This document shows positions 19,648-29,748 of a stretch of 64,000 bases of DNA, one piece after another (the first letter of the stretch is position 1; each line of letters opens with the position of its first letter). Location of the stretch: positions 34,429-98,428 of IMG/VR virus record IMGVR_UViG_3300043252_000011. The stretch is one strand, 5' to 3'. The position numbers and the translations under genes were made by a program. The notes under the pieces were generated by a model, which had not been told where the DNA came from, searched no databases, and worked only from the letters and a program-made list of their open reading frames with translations. The DNA comes from a virus. Its lineage: Duplodnaviria; Caudoviricetes.

Positions 19648-20732
19648 ATGGCTGAGCACTGGAAAGATAAGGACGGCGTGATCCACTGCGAAGGCGTCGA
19701 GTCCGGCGACTATCTGCTTTGTGGCCTAGCGCCGGAAGGCGAGAATGGCGACGATGAATTGCCGACAAAAACGCACGCTTCGATCAATTGTAGCAATTGC
19801 GTCGCCATCATTGCCTTTTGCCGCCGCATCCGACCGGGAGAATTTGTATCAACCGTGCGAGCACAGAGGTAACGGCAATGGCTATCGTCGAAGTTCACCT
19901 GGTCGAAGATCGCGCCAAAATCTATAGCAGCACGGGCGCTGTTTACGAGATTTGCGACGATCATTTTGACCAACCGACTGTCAAAGTCCTAGAAATGGGC
20001 GGCCGTGGTTATGAACGCTCGCAAACGCAAGTCGAGAGAGACGATCAGCTAAAACGCTATCGTCGGGCGCTTGAAAATATCATGTACTGTGAGGCGACCA
20101 TGTGCGCCGACTACGTTGAAGAAATGAAGGAACTTGCACGCAACGCCCTTATGAGGCCGCGATGACCCGCTCCCAACTCGAAATGGCCGCCCAGGCAATC
20201 GCCAAAGAACACGGCTGCGGCCTGGACGACAATGGCGGAATATGCCCGGCCGGCGACAAAGGCGAGCCATGTATGTGCGAGAGGTTCGCGCGGGTTGCGT
20301 TGCGAGCGGCAGAGGAATGCGCGCTTTGCGAAACACCGGAGACAACATGATCTTAAAAAACGGCTTCGATACAGGAAAGTCCTGTTGTTTTTGCGGTGCC
20401 GACATTACCAACTGTGAACGAGGCTATGCTGGAGAGCCGTGTTGTCGCGCTTGCGGCAAGGGCGGCAATGGCGAGCCTGACGAGGCTTACATGGCTTACA
20501 AGGGAAACCTACCAGCGCCGCTCTGGTTTTGGGGATGATAGCGATGGCACGAGACAAATTCGATATGGCGGCGAGTTTCATCGTCGAGGAACATATCCGT
20601 ATCTACGACAAGATGGTGCCGCATCCCGACGCGATTAAAGACGCCGTCGCGAAAGAATTGCGCCAAACATGGAACGAGGCCATTGACGCGGTGATCGCCA
20701 AGGCAAAGACAATCGCCGCCGTAATCGACTAA
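19648..20732 (+). CDS. Five small hypothetical genes (19648-19872, 19878-20165, 20162-20350, 20347-20538, 20544-20732)
   Basis: Tightly packed or overlapping ORFs with RBS, several Cys-rich. Confidence 0.5.
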
Positions 20733-20754
20733 CCCGTCCAATGTAGGGAGATTC

Positions 20755-21018
20755 ATGATGGCGGCGAAGGAAGATCATCTGCGCGACCGGCTTCTGCGGA
20801 TCGTGCTTGACGCGATCGAGCTGAAAGAGGTCTCCCGCGAGGAGGCGCTGGCCGCCTGCATGGGTACTGCAGCAACTGTCCTCGGCACCTATTCGGAAGA
20901 TCAGCGTGAGGCAGTTGCGCTGGCGCTTGATGGCGTCTTGCTCAAACACGCCAATGCGCGCGCTCGACAGCTCCGATCTGGGGAAGTCGACGCCGACATG
21001 GCGCGCGCTAATCAGTAG
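20755..21018 (+). CDS. Hypothetical protein
   Basis: 87 aa, RBS gggag. Confidence 0.55.
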   Translation: MMAAKEDHLRDRLLRIVLDAIELKEVSREEALAACMGTAATVLGTYSEDQREAVALALDGVLLKHANARARQLRSGEVDADMARANQ

Positions 21019-21019
21019 A

Positions 21020-21247
21020 ATGTCGCTCAAAACCCAACCACGCGAAGATGCCACGGGCCGATATGGCTTCGAGGGCGATTGGGGTCGCAAATGTCTCTGC
21101 GGTCACGAGCTTGGCGTTCACACCGCCGCAGCGCCGCACGAGTGCATGAACGCGGATCGGCACCACATGATGGGTGGTCCCTGGATGGACAAGACGATCA
21201 CGGCGACGACCTGCTACTGCACCAAATTCAGACCAGTAAAAAAGTAA
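21020..21247 (+). CDS. Cys/His-rich hypothetical protein
   Basis: CLCGH..H...C...CYC..F. Confidence 0.55.
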   Translation: MSLKTQPREDATGRYGFEGDWGRKCLCGHELGVHTAAAPHECMNADRHHMMGGPWMDKTITATTCYCTKFRPVKK

Positions 21248-21357
21248 CATCACATTAACTTGGAGAAATCCCGTGAAGATCATCATGCGAAACGCGCACG
21301 ATACACTTGCAGCCTTCCAGACCGCGCAGGGCATGGAGAAGGCCGGCTAACGATGAA

Positions 21358-21582
21358 ATGTCGGAAAATGGCTGGCAGCCAATTGAAACAGCGCCAAAAC
21401 ATCGGCACCATCATCTGATGATGTGGGGCAGCGGCATCGGATTCTATCGCTGCACGTTCATAGGCGTGTGGGTCGGTGATCGGTGGCAAGAGGCTTATGG
21501 TAATCGGGATGCTGATCCAACTCATTGGGCGCCAACACCAGAGCCACCGGATAACGCCGAGATAGTCGGGAAAAACCCATGA
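21358..21582 (+). CDS. DUF551-like phage protein
   Basis: WQPIETAPK...PTHWAPTPEPP. Confidence 0.75.
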   Translation: MSENGWQPIETAPKHRHHHLMMWGSGIGFYRCTFIGVWVGDRWQEAYGNRDADPTHWAPTPEPPDNAEIVGKNP

Positions 21583-21962
21583 CGCCGATCCAGAGAATCA
21601 AAGCCGAGCGCCAACGTCAGATCGATGTCGAGGGTTATGATGGAAAACATGATGATGCGCACGATAGCGGCGAACTGTTGCGAGCCGCTGTGCTATACTA
21701 TCAGCACACGATGTTGCAGCTACGGATGGAGCCACCATTAAAATTGCGCGGCGACGGCGCACCGATCGGTTGGCCCTGGGAGGCGGAATGGTGGAAGCCA
21801 AAAAACCACATGCAAAATTTGGAACGCGCTGGCGCCCTCTGCTTGGCTGAAAAAGACCGTCTGCTGCGCTGCCGCGGCGGCTGGGTTGAGCACGTCAATC
21901 AAAAACTTCGCCTAATTTGCGCGGCCATCAAACAACTAGATGAAGCAGCGAGTAATCCCTGA
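21579..21962 (+). CDS. Conserved hypothetical phage protein
   Basis: AERQRQI..EG..HDD..GEL..WPW..WWKP..L.RAGAL motif. Confidence 0.75.
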   Translation: MTPIQRIKAERQRQIDVEGYDGKHDDAHDSGELLRAAVLYYQHTMLQLRMEPPLKLRGDGAPIGWPWEAEWWKPKNHMQNLERAGALCLAEKDRLLRCRGGWVEHVNQKLRLICAAIKQLDEAASNP

Positions 21963-21977
21963 ACAGCAGGAAGAACT

Positions 21978-22271
21978 ATGGCCTATACGGCACAAGAGAT
22001 TATCGATCACCTTCGCTACTTTTGGCAAAAGGCCGAAGGTATCGACTACGGCCAAGAGCACGAGGTCATGAAAGCCGCCGCGGCCCAGATCGAATCCGAC
22101 GCGAAGGTGATCACGGCGTTGAGGGAGACGCTTGAGGGATACGCATGTTATGGATTGGAGAAGTGCCCAGTTCCAAAGCTCAATGACGGTTCGTGCATTC
22201 ACGCCGGTACGGGCCACTGCGGCGACGCGGCATTCCGCGCTATTGAGCAGACAGCGGGGGAAACAAATTAA
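21978..22271 (+). CDS. Hypothetical protein
   Basis: 97 aa, RBS. Confidence 0.55.
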   Translation: MAYTAQEIIDHLRYFWQKAEGIDYGQEHEVMKAAAAQIESDAKVITALRETLEGYACYGLEKCPVPKLNDGSCIHAGTGHCGDAAFRAIEQTAGETN

Positions 22272-22625
22272 ATTCAGCGGCACCAAAGACCTTGAAATCG
22301 AACTGATGCCCGATAGCTCGGTGAGATTGACGATGCGCTATGCGACATCCTACGAGGCCACAATCGCATATGACGAGATTACCACTGCGGCAAGGACGGG
22401 CAAGCTCAAGATGAACCTCGAGCTGGGCGAAGTCTTGGAAGAAGAAGGCCCACGAATATAAGCGATATGTCGGGAAACAATGGAGAAACAGAATGGGAAT
22501 TAACTTAATCGGCTTAGGCCGCGATGTCGCACCTAAGATAGACACGAAAGCACGGGAGCTAGCACGCCTTCGGGATGCTCTTGAAAAAATTGCCCACGTT
22601 ACGGGAGAAGATGATCCTGCTATAT

Positions 22626-23025
22626 CATGCTTATCCGGTTGCCACACACAAACGCTTGAGAGGTACTAGATGTTGATCGAACGCCGAGGCTTGTTGACCG
22701 GGATCGTCGCAACTCTTTGCGCGCCTTCAATTGTGCGCGCGGGATCATTGATGCGGATCGCTGGCGAGCGGTATCGAATTTGGGGGTTTTCGTGTCCTTT
22801 GCTGCCGCCAGCGGAGGCGGCCTACAACAATCCGGCTTTATGGGACAAATATCTCGGGCCAACTCGCCGCCTTCAATTCGGAACATGGACGTTTTTCGGC
22901 AAAACCGGGAACGTCTATACCGACGACGTGATTGACTTTGCGAAGCAGGAATATCCGGATGCGCTCCCGTGGCCTGCGCATCAGGCACAAGATGTAGGGC
23001 TGTGTGTCTAAACCGGATAAGCATG
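22626..23025 (+). mobile_element. Non-autonomous TIR cassette 1 (IS1595/ISSod11-like ends), 400 bp
   Basis: TIR catgcttatccggtt; 8-bp TSD tgctatat (22618-25 and 23026-33). Confidence 0.88.
22670..23011 (+). CDS. Cassette 1 cargo with twin-arginine-like N-terminus
   Basis: MLIERRGLLTGIVATLCAPSIVRA; start and stop lie in the element ends. Confidence 0.65.
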   Translation: MLIERRGLLTGIVATLCAPSIVRAGSLMRIAGERYRIWGFSCPLLPPAEAAYNNPALWDKYLGPTRRLQFGTWTFFGKTGNVYTDDVIDFAKQEYPDALPWPAHQAQDVGLCV

Positions 23026-23093
23026 TGCTATATTATGGCCGTGGGCTCAAAAGATTGCGCTGGAAGCACTCGACTAACAAGAGATATGTCGAA

Positions 23094-23901
23094 ATGGGCG
23101 ATCATCGCTTTGAATTAAAGGCTGAATTTTCCATGCACGGGCATGAGAAGAAAATAAATTGGAATCTAAATTGGAGCGATAGTATCCCCGAGCGCTTGGC
23201 GGAATGGGTTGAACAACAGTATCAAGAAGCCATGAATTTCTGGTACGAAGCCGAATGGACCGCCGAAGATCATCGTAACGCCGAAATAGAGAGAACCGAA
23301 CGGGCAGAGTTGGATCGCCTTAAAGCCAAATACGAACCGCCACACTAAACAAGAGTTAGCATGGTCATGAGCCAATATCTTTCGCTTTACGATGCCCAGA
23401 CTGAAATCCTGCAGTGGCTTGAATCGAAAGGCCACGCGGTTGATTATGGTTCTGGCAAACCTCTCGATGATTGGCGGGTATGGCAGATGTGCAAAAGAAA
23501 GCGGCGGTTTCAGATGCGTCCAGAGGAAGATGAGCGTCGCCGCGTGTACGCCTGTCCGCATTGCGAGGGCTGGCATTTTACCCGGCGCCGATAGTAGACA
23601 AGTTAACACGCAGGAGCTTGGAATGAGCAATACTGACGGACAGCGCGATATCACCTTGGCGATGGAAGCAGAACTCGCGACAGTGTCTAAGACCACCGTG
23701 GCAGCAGCAGCCAAAGCGGCGGAAGATCAAGACATCGCCTATGTGATGACGCAGCAGATCAACTGCATCATCGATGCCAATGTGCGGCTTCGCGGCTCGC
23801 ACCGCCTCGTCGGCGCCGATGTCCAGGCGTGGGTCAACATGGTGGATTATCTGACGCGGGAAAAGGAAGGACTTACCGCAAAGCGCCAGCGGCAGAACTA
23901 A
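23094..23901 (+). CDS. Three small hypothetical genes (23094-23348, 23361-23594, 23623-23901)
   Basis: ORFs separated by palindromic sites; the middle one has YACPHCEGWH. Confidence 0.55.
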
Positions 23902-24502
23902 TCAGCTTTCTTATCAAGCCGCGCCTCGATCTCGCCAGTTGTCGGTCGGGTCTGTTCAAGCGTCTTAACCCGATCTTCGAGCCGGGTTGTCTCCCGCTGG
24001 TAATCACCTTTCAACTCATTCAATCGTTCTTTGGTGTTTTTGGCAAATTCCTCATGCTCGCGGATCGACAGACTCTTGCCGAGCATTTGGGAGGCAAGAG
24101 TGATTGCAGAGAGGATGACCGCGCCAAGTGCAATGTAGGTGGGGTCCATCAGCCATGCGGCAATTCAATCCGCCTCAACCGCTGCTCGTGGTCTTTCGTA
24201 ATGTCTTTCAGGTCGGAATCAATCTGTGTCTCGGTCTTGATATGATCGTCGAGCTTGGTCGTCAGCACATTCAAATTGGTTATGGCCTGTTGCTGGGCAT
24301 CGTTGATCTTGCTGATGGCGGTCCACTGCAATTGAATGCCGGTTTCGGATTTGGTTTTAACATCGACAAGCGTGCCCCAGGCCAAATAGATCGCGGCCGT
24401 GCCGGCGGCGCCGATGAGCGTGATGAGGATTCGGAATACCCAAGCGGTTGCCCGTTCCTTGGTCTCGACGAATTCCTGTAGCGTCATGCCGATCCTGCTC
24501 AT
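23898..24502 (-). CDS. Two TM/coiled-coil lysis-region proteins (23898-24149, 24149-24502)
   Basis: N-terminal TM plus coiled coil, downstream of endolysin. Confidence 0.55.
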
Positions 24503-24568
24503 TTCGCGCCCGCCAATACTAACGTCTTCGAAGTTTCGTGCTACTCATCCACAAGTCCCGGTACGAAA

Positions 24569-24599
24569 GTATGGGGCCGCATTGGCGCGCGCCCCATAC
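24569..24599 (-). terminator. Hairpin terminator after the porin-like gene
   Basis: gtatgggg...ccccatac stem followed by TTT on the minus strand. Confidence 0.45.
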
Positions 24600-24626
24600 C
24601 GACTGACTGACGCTACTCCCTCGACG

Positions 24627-25424
24627 TTACAGGCCGAATTCGTAACTCAACCGCGTCCAATACTGCGTGCCGAGGTTGGCGCCCGCACTGAGTGTGAGCG
24701 GAGCGCCGTTTGTCGCGAAGGCGTTACCCATGGTGAAACCCTTGACCGGGAATGCAACGCCGGCAGAAGCATCGATCGCGCCGCCGTTCGGCTTGCCATC
24801 GGTGCCGAGCGTAGGCCAAATGAAGCCGCCAGTAATCATCGGGTAAGCGCCAACGGTCGTGCCGTTCGCGTTACCGAAGCTGCCACTGATTCCGGCTTCT
24901 TTGAGGCCAACGCCGACGTATTGCCGTGGTGCTCCGACAGGAACGGTCGGGGGAATCGGCGTGAAGGTCGGAAAGTTCGTCACCGGCAACGTCGGGAGGG
25001 CCGCATAAATCTTTTGCAGCCATTCAAAGCCGATGTCGAATTCCTGCGTCGCGGCCCATCGACTTGCGATTGCTGCGCTGGCTGCGCTTGTCGTGGCAGT
25101 TGCCTGCACCGTATTGGTGCCAGTGATATTCGACCATTCGCCGGTCAATTTGCCTCTGCACCATCCGATAGCGCAGTGGCCGACATAACCGACTTCGCCG
25201 CCGACCGCGCCACCCGTCGCCGTGAGATTGCCGCTTGCGAGACTCGTGGCAAAGACATTGGTGCCGCTGACACTCGACTGCGCGACATCAGCCTCGGTGA
25301 GGATACCGACAAACCAGCTGGAACCGGCCGCGGTAGCTGCCGGTGCCTTCAATGGCAAGTCTGCCGCCAGAGCCGGTACTGCCAGCGCGGTAAGCGCCAT
25401 GGTAAGCAGTAGCAATTTGCGCAT
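24627..25424 (-). CDS. Outer-membrane porin-like (Omp25/RopB-type) moron
   Basis: Signal peptide, ADLPLKAP start, C-terminal TRLSYEFGL. Confidence 0.65.
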   Translation of the reverse strand: MRKLLLLTMALTALAVPALAADLPLKAPAATAAGSSWFVGILTEADVAQSSVSGTNVFATSLASGNLTATGGAVGGEVGYVGHCAIGWCRGKLTGEWSNITGTNTVQATATTSAASAAIASRWAATQEFDIGFEWLQKIYAALPTLPVTNFPTFTPIPPTVPVGAPRQYVGVGLKEAGISGSFGNANGTTVGAYPMITGGFIWPTLGTDGKPNGGAIDASAGVAFPVKGFTMGNAFATNGAPLTLSAGANLGTQYWTRLSYEFGL

Positions 25425-25497
25425 GGAAACCTCCTGTTGAGTTACGTGGTCAACCATACGCTTTTAGTTGTGTCTTTGGTGCAACACAGTTTGGAAA

Positions 25498-25725
25498 TCA
25501 GCGACCGATCGCGCCTCCCGGCTGCGTGCCAGGGGAGTTTGCTGGAGCGCCAATGACCTTGCCGGTGCGATTGTTTACTACACTCCACACTGCGGCGCCC
25601 ACCGCAACTATGGCGGCGGTAATGTCACCGACATCGCTCTGGGTAATCCATCCCTTTGCGACCGCATAGGCGAGAGCCGGCGGAATGATAGCACGCAGAA
25701 TTCCAGTGATTTGATCGTAGTTCAT
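25498..25725 (-). CDS. Putative holin
   Basis: 75 aa, two TM segments, next to endolysin. Confidence 0.6.
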   Translation of the reverse strand: MNYDQITGILRAIIPPALAYAVAKGWITQSDVGDITAAIVAVGAAVWSVVNNRTGKVIGAPANSPGTQPGGAIGR

Positions 25726-25726
25726 G

Positions 25727-25966
25727 TCACTTCCCCTGATTGACTGGTTTGAAGTTTACGATGCCACCCCACCAAAAATGACAACACAGAAAGCCGGTCA
25801 AAAACCCGGCAATCCATGGAAATGGCGGAAACGCGGCCGTGATGTTCCAGACAAAACGCGACAGCGTGGATGTTCCGTCATAGAGCGAATAGCCTTCCAT
25901 CACCGAGAAGCTGATGACGATCAGCAATAGCCACACCGCCCATTTGATGCTGCCTTTCATCATCAT
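25727..25966 (-). CDS. Small membrane protein (lysis module)
   Basis: Hydrophobic 79 aa. Confidence 0.5.
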   Translation of the reverse strand: MMMKGSIKWAVWLLLIVISFSVMEGYSLYDGTSTLSRFVWNITAAFPPFPWIAGFLTGFLCCHFWWGGIVNFKPVNQGK

Positions 25967-26544
25967 ACCGTCTCCCTCGTGAAGGTTACTGTCGGATCAA
26001 GTTTTGCAATCATCCACAAAAGCGGCGCACAGCCAGGTTGCGGGTCCATGACGGTCGATGACCAGACATGATCGCGAATCCATTTGCCGGGTTGCTGAAT
26101 GTTCGTGCAGCCCCAAATGTACGACGATGGATGGCCCCACGCTTCCGAGCCGACGCCATTGAACAGCAGCATATAGTAGAGCTGCTTCTCGAGCCGCCAA
26201 TCGCTGATGCTGCCCCAGCCCTCGACATTGATAGCATCCACACCACCGTCAATGAAAGCATTTGGGCCAATGAAAGGACCGCGCCCCACGGGCACTTCCG
26301 TGGTTCTGAGCGTCAGCGTTTGGCCGTTGCCTAAATAGGTTTTGAAATTCGCATCGCTCTCGCGGCGATGAATGCAAGCGAGCATTTGCCATGGCACACG
26401 GGTCTTGGATTCGAGTACCTGATATGTGACTTTGTTGTTGATCGCAAACTGCGCCTCCTCCGTGAATGCCTGCACGCGGCCGGCATTGATGGTCATTGCG
26501 TCCCACCATTTCGCATAGCGCGGCCAGATGTCGGAGTAGCGCAT
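25963..26544 (-). CDS. Endolysin (lysozyme-family)
   Basis: IHRRES..F.TYLGNG..VPVGRGPF..FNG.G..PSSYIW motif. Confidence 0.8.
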   Translation of the reverse strand: MRYSDIWPRYAKWWDAMTINAGRVQAFTEEAQFAINNKVTYQVLESKTRVPWQMLACIHRRESDANFKTYLGNGQTLTLRTTEVPVGRGPFIGPNAFIDGGVDAINVEGWGSISDWRLEKQLYYMLLFNGVGSEAWGHPSSYIWGCTNIQQPGKWIRDHVWSSTVMDPQPGCAPLLWMIAKLDPTVTFTRETV

Positions 26545-29084
26545 TAGTTGATCCCATAAACGAGAATTGAGCCGGACGTGATATTGCCGCTGTCCATAAG
26601 AACCTGGAAGCCATCAACGACGCCTGCGGTGTTCCAGTAGCCCGACATTTGCCCGGTAAAAGGAGGCGCGGAGCCCGACACATAATTCGCAAATCCACCG
26701 ATCATGCAAATTGCATTGGCGGACGGATTAGTAATCGTGATCCAACCGCTCATACCGGGAGCCGAGTTGGCCAGTGAAAATCCATTTGCATCGAGCGGGT
26801 AACTTAATGGAATATAGCCTGTCGGGCCGACAGAACTCCCGCTTGATGAATTGATCCAACCGCCAAAGCTGCTGAGATAACCGCTCGATTTGTAAGCACC
26901 GCCGGAATGGATTTGCAGTTCTAGGATTTTTTCATTCGTTGCCGGAACGATGGCCTGAAATACCAGCAGATAGGACGTGTAGGTATTGTTGATCGGGCAA
27001 GTGCCGGATGTCGGCGAGGCATTGTTGATCGATGTCGAATTGCTCGCGGTGATCGTGCATAGGTAGGTCATCGCGCCGGTGCCGTTGGCACTCGCCCACG
27101 TTCCATCACCGCGCCAGAAGGTTCCTGCGCTGGCGCTGGTGCCGGAATTGAGATTGCTGACCGGAAGATTGCCGGTGACGCCGGTGCTGAGCGGCAAGCC
27201 GGTGGCATTTGTCAAGACTGCCGCGGATGGCGTGCCAAGCGCCGGCGTCGTCAATGTCGGCGACCCGCTGAAAACAAGCGAACCCGATCCGGTTGTGCTT
27301 TCCGCCGCCGCTGCGCGGAAGATGCGCCATGCCGCGCCGTCGTAGCCGATGAGCAAATCGAGTGCGCCGCCGCCGCCGGTAACCGTCGTATTCGGCAGCT
27401 TGCACGCGCCATCCCCGCAATTCGCCGCGAGGCCGTCGATGATGTGGGAGATTTGGCCGGCGGTCGGGGAGGCGGGGAGGCCGGCGTAGGTGTGGGCGGT
27501 GATGATCGGATCAGTGATCGTCGGCGCTTGCTTGCCAACAAGAATGCCGGTGCCGCTTATACCTTCGCCGTCGCTGTCTTGATAGCCAAGAGAAAAATTA
27601 CATCCGCCGCTTCCCGGAAATATGCTGGCGCACGCCGTGGCGTTCGGCAAATTAAGAAAGCCGGGGCCTTGACCGTTGAATTGCGAGCCGGTGCCTGTAC
27701 CTGAAACGATCCATCCCGTGACATCAACGCTGGAATCAACCGCCTGTGCAAAGTTGCCCGACCAAGAGACCGAACTGCCGATTGTTGTAGTGCCGCCTGC
27801 CGCTAGATTGGCTCCGGCACTCAGGTTCCAATGATTGATGAAAGTAGTATTAGATAAAAGCGTTTCATTGGTGGCATTGACCGTAACGCCTTTGCCGGTT
27901 GCGGAAACATGGGAGCCTGAATTTCCCCAAGCGCCCCAGACGATTCCGCCATAATCGCAGATGGCTATCTGTCGGCATTGAATGCCTGGCCCGGCGCCAT
28001 TGACAGCAGTGATCTCCAAATTGTTGACGCCGGCTTGGCCGCCGTCTTGGAGCAAAATACCCGTCGCGCCGCTTGGCACTTGGAGCACGACGTTCGACGG
28101 CGTGATAGAATTACCGTTGATCGAGAGAAGCTGGCCTGAGCTGCCGCCGCTATTTCCTTGATATGTGCACAGCGCGCCAGCAGTCGCGGTTGCGTAAGAA
28201 CCACCCGACCCGTCGAGAAGCTGAATCGGTCCCGCCGCTCCTAAGAATGTCGCAATCTGTTTTACAAACGAACACGCCGTCGCCAGCGTGCAGGCATTCC
28301 CCGAACTGAGACAATTGCCGCTGCCGGTTGCGCTCGGCGCGGCGTAGAGCGGGAGACCGCCGACGGGCGCAACTGCGCCCCACACCGCAACGTCTTTTAG
28401 GAGCGATCCGGTGGAGTTATTCCAAATTGCTACATCGCCGATTGTGGATGAGGACGGCCCGACGATATTGCCAGTCCCAGGCCCGGCAGGAAGGCATGTT
28501 GGCGTCAATCCATTCGCACCGAGATTAAGAAACGCCCCAGCACAAGCACTCGGCTGCGGCAGTGGTCCCATCGTGTTGCCGGGTTGCGAAAACAGCCCGC
28601 GCCCGGTCAGGTCGTTGGTCTTGTCCCAAAGCTCACGCTCGACCGTGGTGGTTTCGGTCATGCGCTGGTTGAGATCGCGCGCCGCAACGCCGCGGCCTTC
28701 AGTGAATTGCGTCAACTGCCGCGGCCGTTCGGCGCCGACGATCTGCACTGTGCCGGTCTGGACCGCGTTGAACGTCAGCACCGCATTGGTGATCGGCCGC
28801 GGGATGGTCGACAGCGGGCCGGTGGTTGAAGACAGCGACCAGCCGAAATTTGGGTCGGTCGAGAGATAGCGGACGCCGTTCACCCAAACTTGCAGCCACG
28901 CATCGATGTCCGACCCACTGGCAAACAACGCCATATTCACAGCACAACTACAATTATTAGCGCTCAAACTATATGACGTTCGTCGCTCAGCATCAGGTAG
29001 CGCCGGCACAGCAGGAGGCGCCTGAGCAGCAGCAATACGCAGGCTCAACAACAGAAGTAAAATGATTGCCATTGCTCGGCGCAT
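26544..29084 (-). CDS. Tail fibre/spike protein
   Basis: ~846 aa, Gly/Ser/Thr-rich, FWRGDGTW, follows internal virion genes; signal-peptide-like N-terminus. Confidence 0.75.
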   Translation of the reverse strand: MRRAMAIILLLLLSLRIAAAQAPPAVPALPDAERRTSYSLSANNCSCAVNMALFASGSDIDAWLQVWVNGVRYLSTDPNFGWSLSSTTGPLSTIPRPITNAVLTFNAVQTGTVQIVGAERPRQLTQFTEGRGVAARDLNQRMTETTTVERELWDKTNDLTGRGLFSQPGNTMGPLPQPSACAGAFLNLGANGLTPTCLPAGPGTGNIVGPSSSTIGDVAIWNNSTGSLLKDVAVWGAVAPVGGLPLYAAPSATGSGNCLSSGNACTLATACSFVKQIATFLGAAGPIQLLDGSGGSYATATAGALCTYQGNSGGSSGQLLSINGNSITPSNVVLQVPSGATGILLQDGGQAGVNNLEITAVNGAGPGIQCRQIAICDYGGIVWGAWGNSGSHVSATGKGVTVNATNETLLSNTTFINHWNLSAGANLAAGGTTTIGSSVSWSGNFAQAVDSSVDVTGWIVSGTGTGSQFNGQGPGFLNLPNATACASIFPGSGGCNFSLGYQDSDGEGISGTGILVGKQAPTITDPIITAHTYAGLPASPTAGQISHIIDGLAANCGDGACKLPNTTVTGGGGALDLLIGYDGAAWRIFRAAAAESTTGSGSLVFSGSPTLTTPALGTPSAAVLTNATGLPLSTGVTGNLPVSNLNSGTSASAGTFWRGDGTWASANGTGAMTYLCTITASNSTSINNASPTSGTCPINNTYTSYLLVFQAIVPATNEKILELQIHSGGAYKSSGYLSSFGGWINSSSGSSVGPTGYIPLSYPLDANGFSLANSAPGMSGWITITNPSANAICMIGGFANYVSGSAPPFTGQMSGYWNTAGVVDGFQVLMDSGNITSGSILVYGIN

Positions 29085-29085
29085 T

Positions 29086-29697
29086 TTACACTCCAAAGCT
29101 CAGTGCCCAAACCGGAGTCATGGGAGTTACGCGCGAGCGGCGGTTATTTGCTTGTTCTTTCGCTGTTGCCCAACGACAATTTTCGGGCGAATAATCGCCG
29201 TTGACATTAATGCGATCAAGGCTGTGCTTGGAGGATGGCCTGCGACCCATATCATCGAGAAAGTTTTGATAATCTTGGCGCCATCGCACACAAATAGCGA
29301 TGCCGCGTCCGCCATATCTCGAATAGCATTTATTGTTTCGATTATAACAGCGACTTCTCATGGCGGCCCATGCTTTATACTCAGGGGTAGCATCTGTTTC
29401 GCCATGAGTTCTTGATCTATGACCGAGCGTTGCCAAGTTTTCTCGACTAAGGCACCCACAACTTCGGGTATTTCCAGTGCGCAGCAATGAACCAAAAACA
29501 TCGGATTCGCCGCCGCAATCACATTTGCAGCGCCAGCGACCCTTTCGCTCATATCTCTGATAACTTGACGAACGGCCGATCACGACCAGGCGACCGAATC
29601 TGGCGCCTAGCTCGATGTTGTATTTGCTGACCGTCCACGTTCGCTTTGGCCTCATGCGGCGGAACGCTAGGCGCGGCTGCCCGCCACGGCAACGCAC
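29086..29697 (-). CDS. HNH-type homing endonuclease
   Basis: [36 protein letters not shown]. Confidence 0.85.
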   Translation of the reverse strand: MRCRGGQPRLAFRRMRPKRTWTVSKYNIELGARFGRLVVIGRSSSYQRYERKGRWRCKCDCGGESDVFGSLLRTGNTRSCGCLSRENLATLGHRSRTHGETDATPEYKAWAAMRSRCYNRNNKCYSRYGGRGIAICVRWRQDYQNFLDDMGRRPSSKHSLDRINVNGDYSPENCRWATAKEQANNRRSRVTPMTPVWALSFGV

Positions 29698-29748
29698 GGT
29701 CCCGTGCTATCTCCCGGTCCATAAGGCTGCGGCAGCGGCGCAGGCCCA

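Larger units (their letters stand above)
22493..23077 (+). pseudogene. 58-aa phage gene split by cassette 1
   Basis: Removing 22626-23033 restores MGINL...RLRDALEKIAH...PAILWPWAQKIALEALD*. Confidence 0.7.

Noticed and set aside
17636-23609. Canonical integron attC array
   Set aside because: Sites are ~21 bp with no long imperfect hairpin or L boxes, and no IntI is present; only core-site geometry is shared.
18023-23609. CtrA boxes as the full explanation of the boundary sites
   Set aside because: Only 19622 matches TTAA-N7-TTAAC fully; the WATGTCG class does not fit. Kept as a partial alternative.
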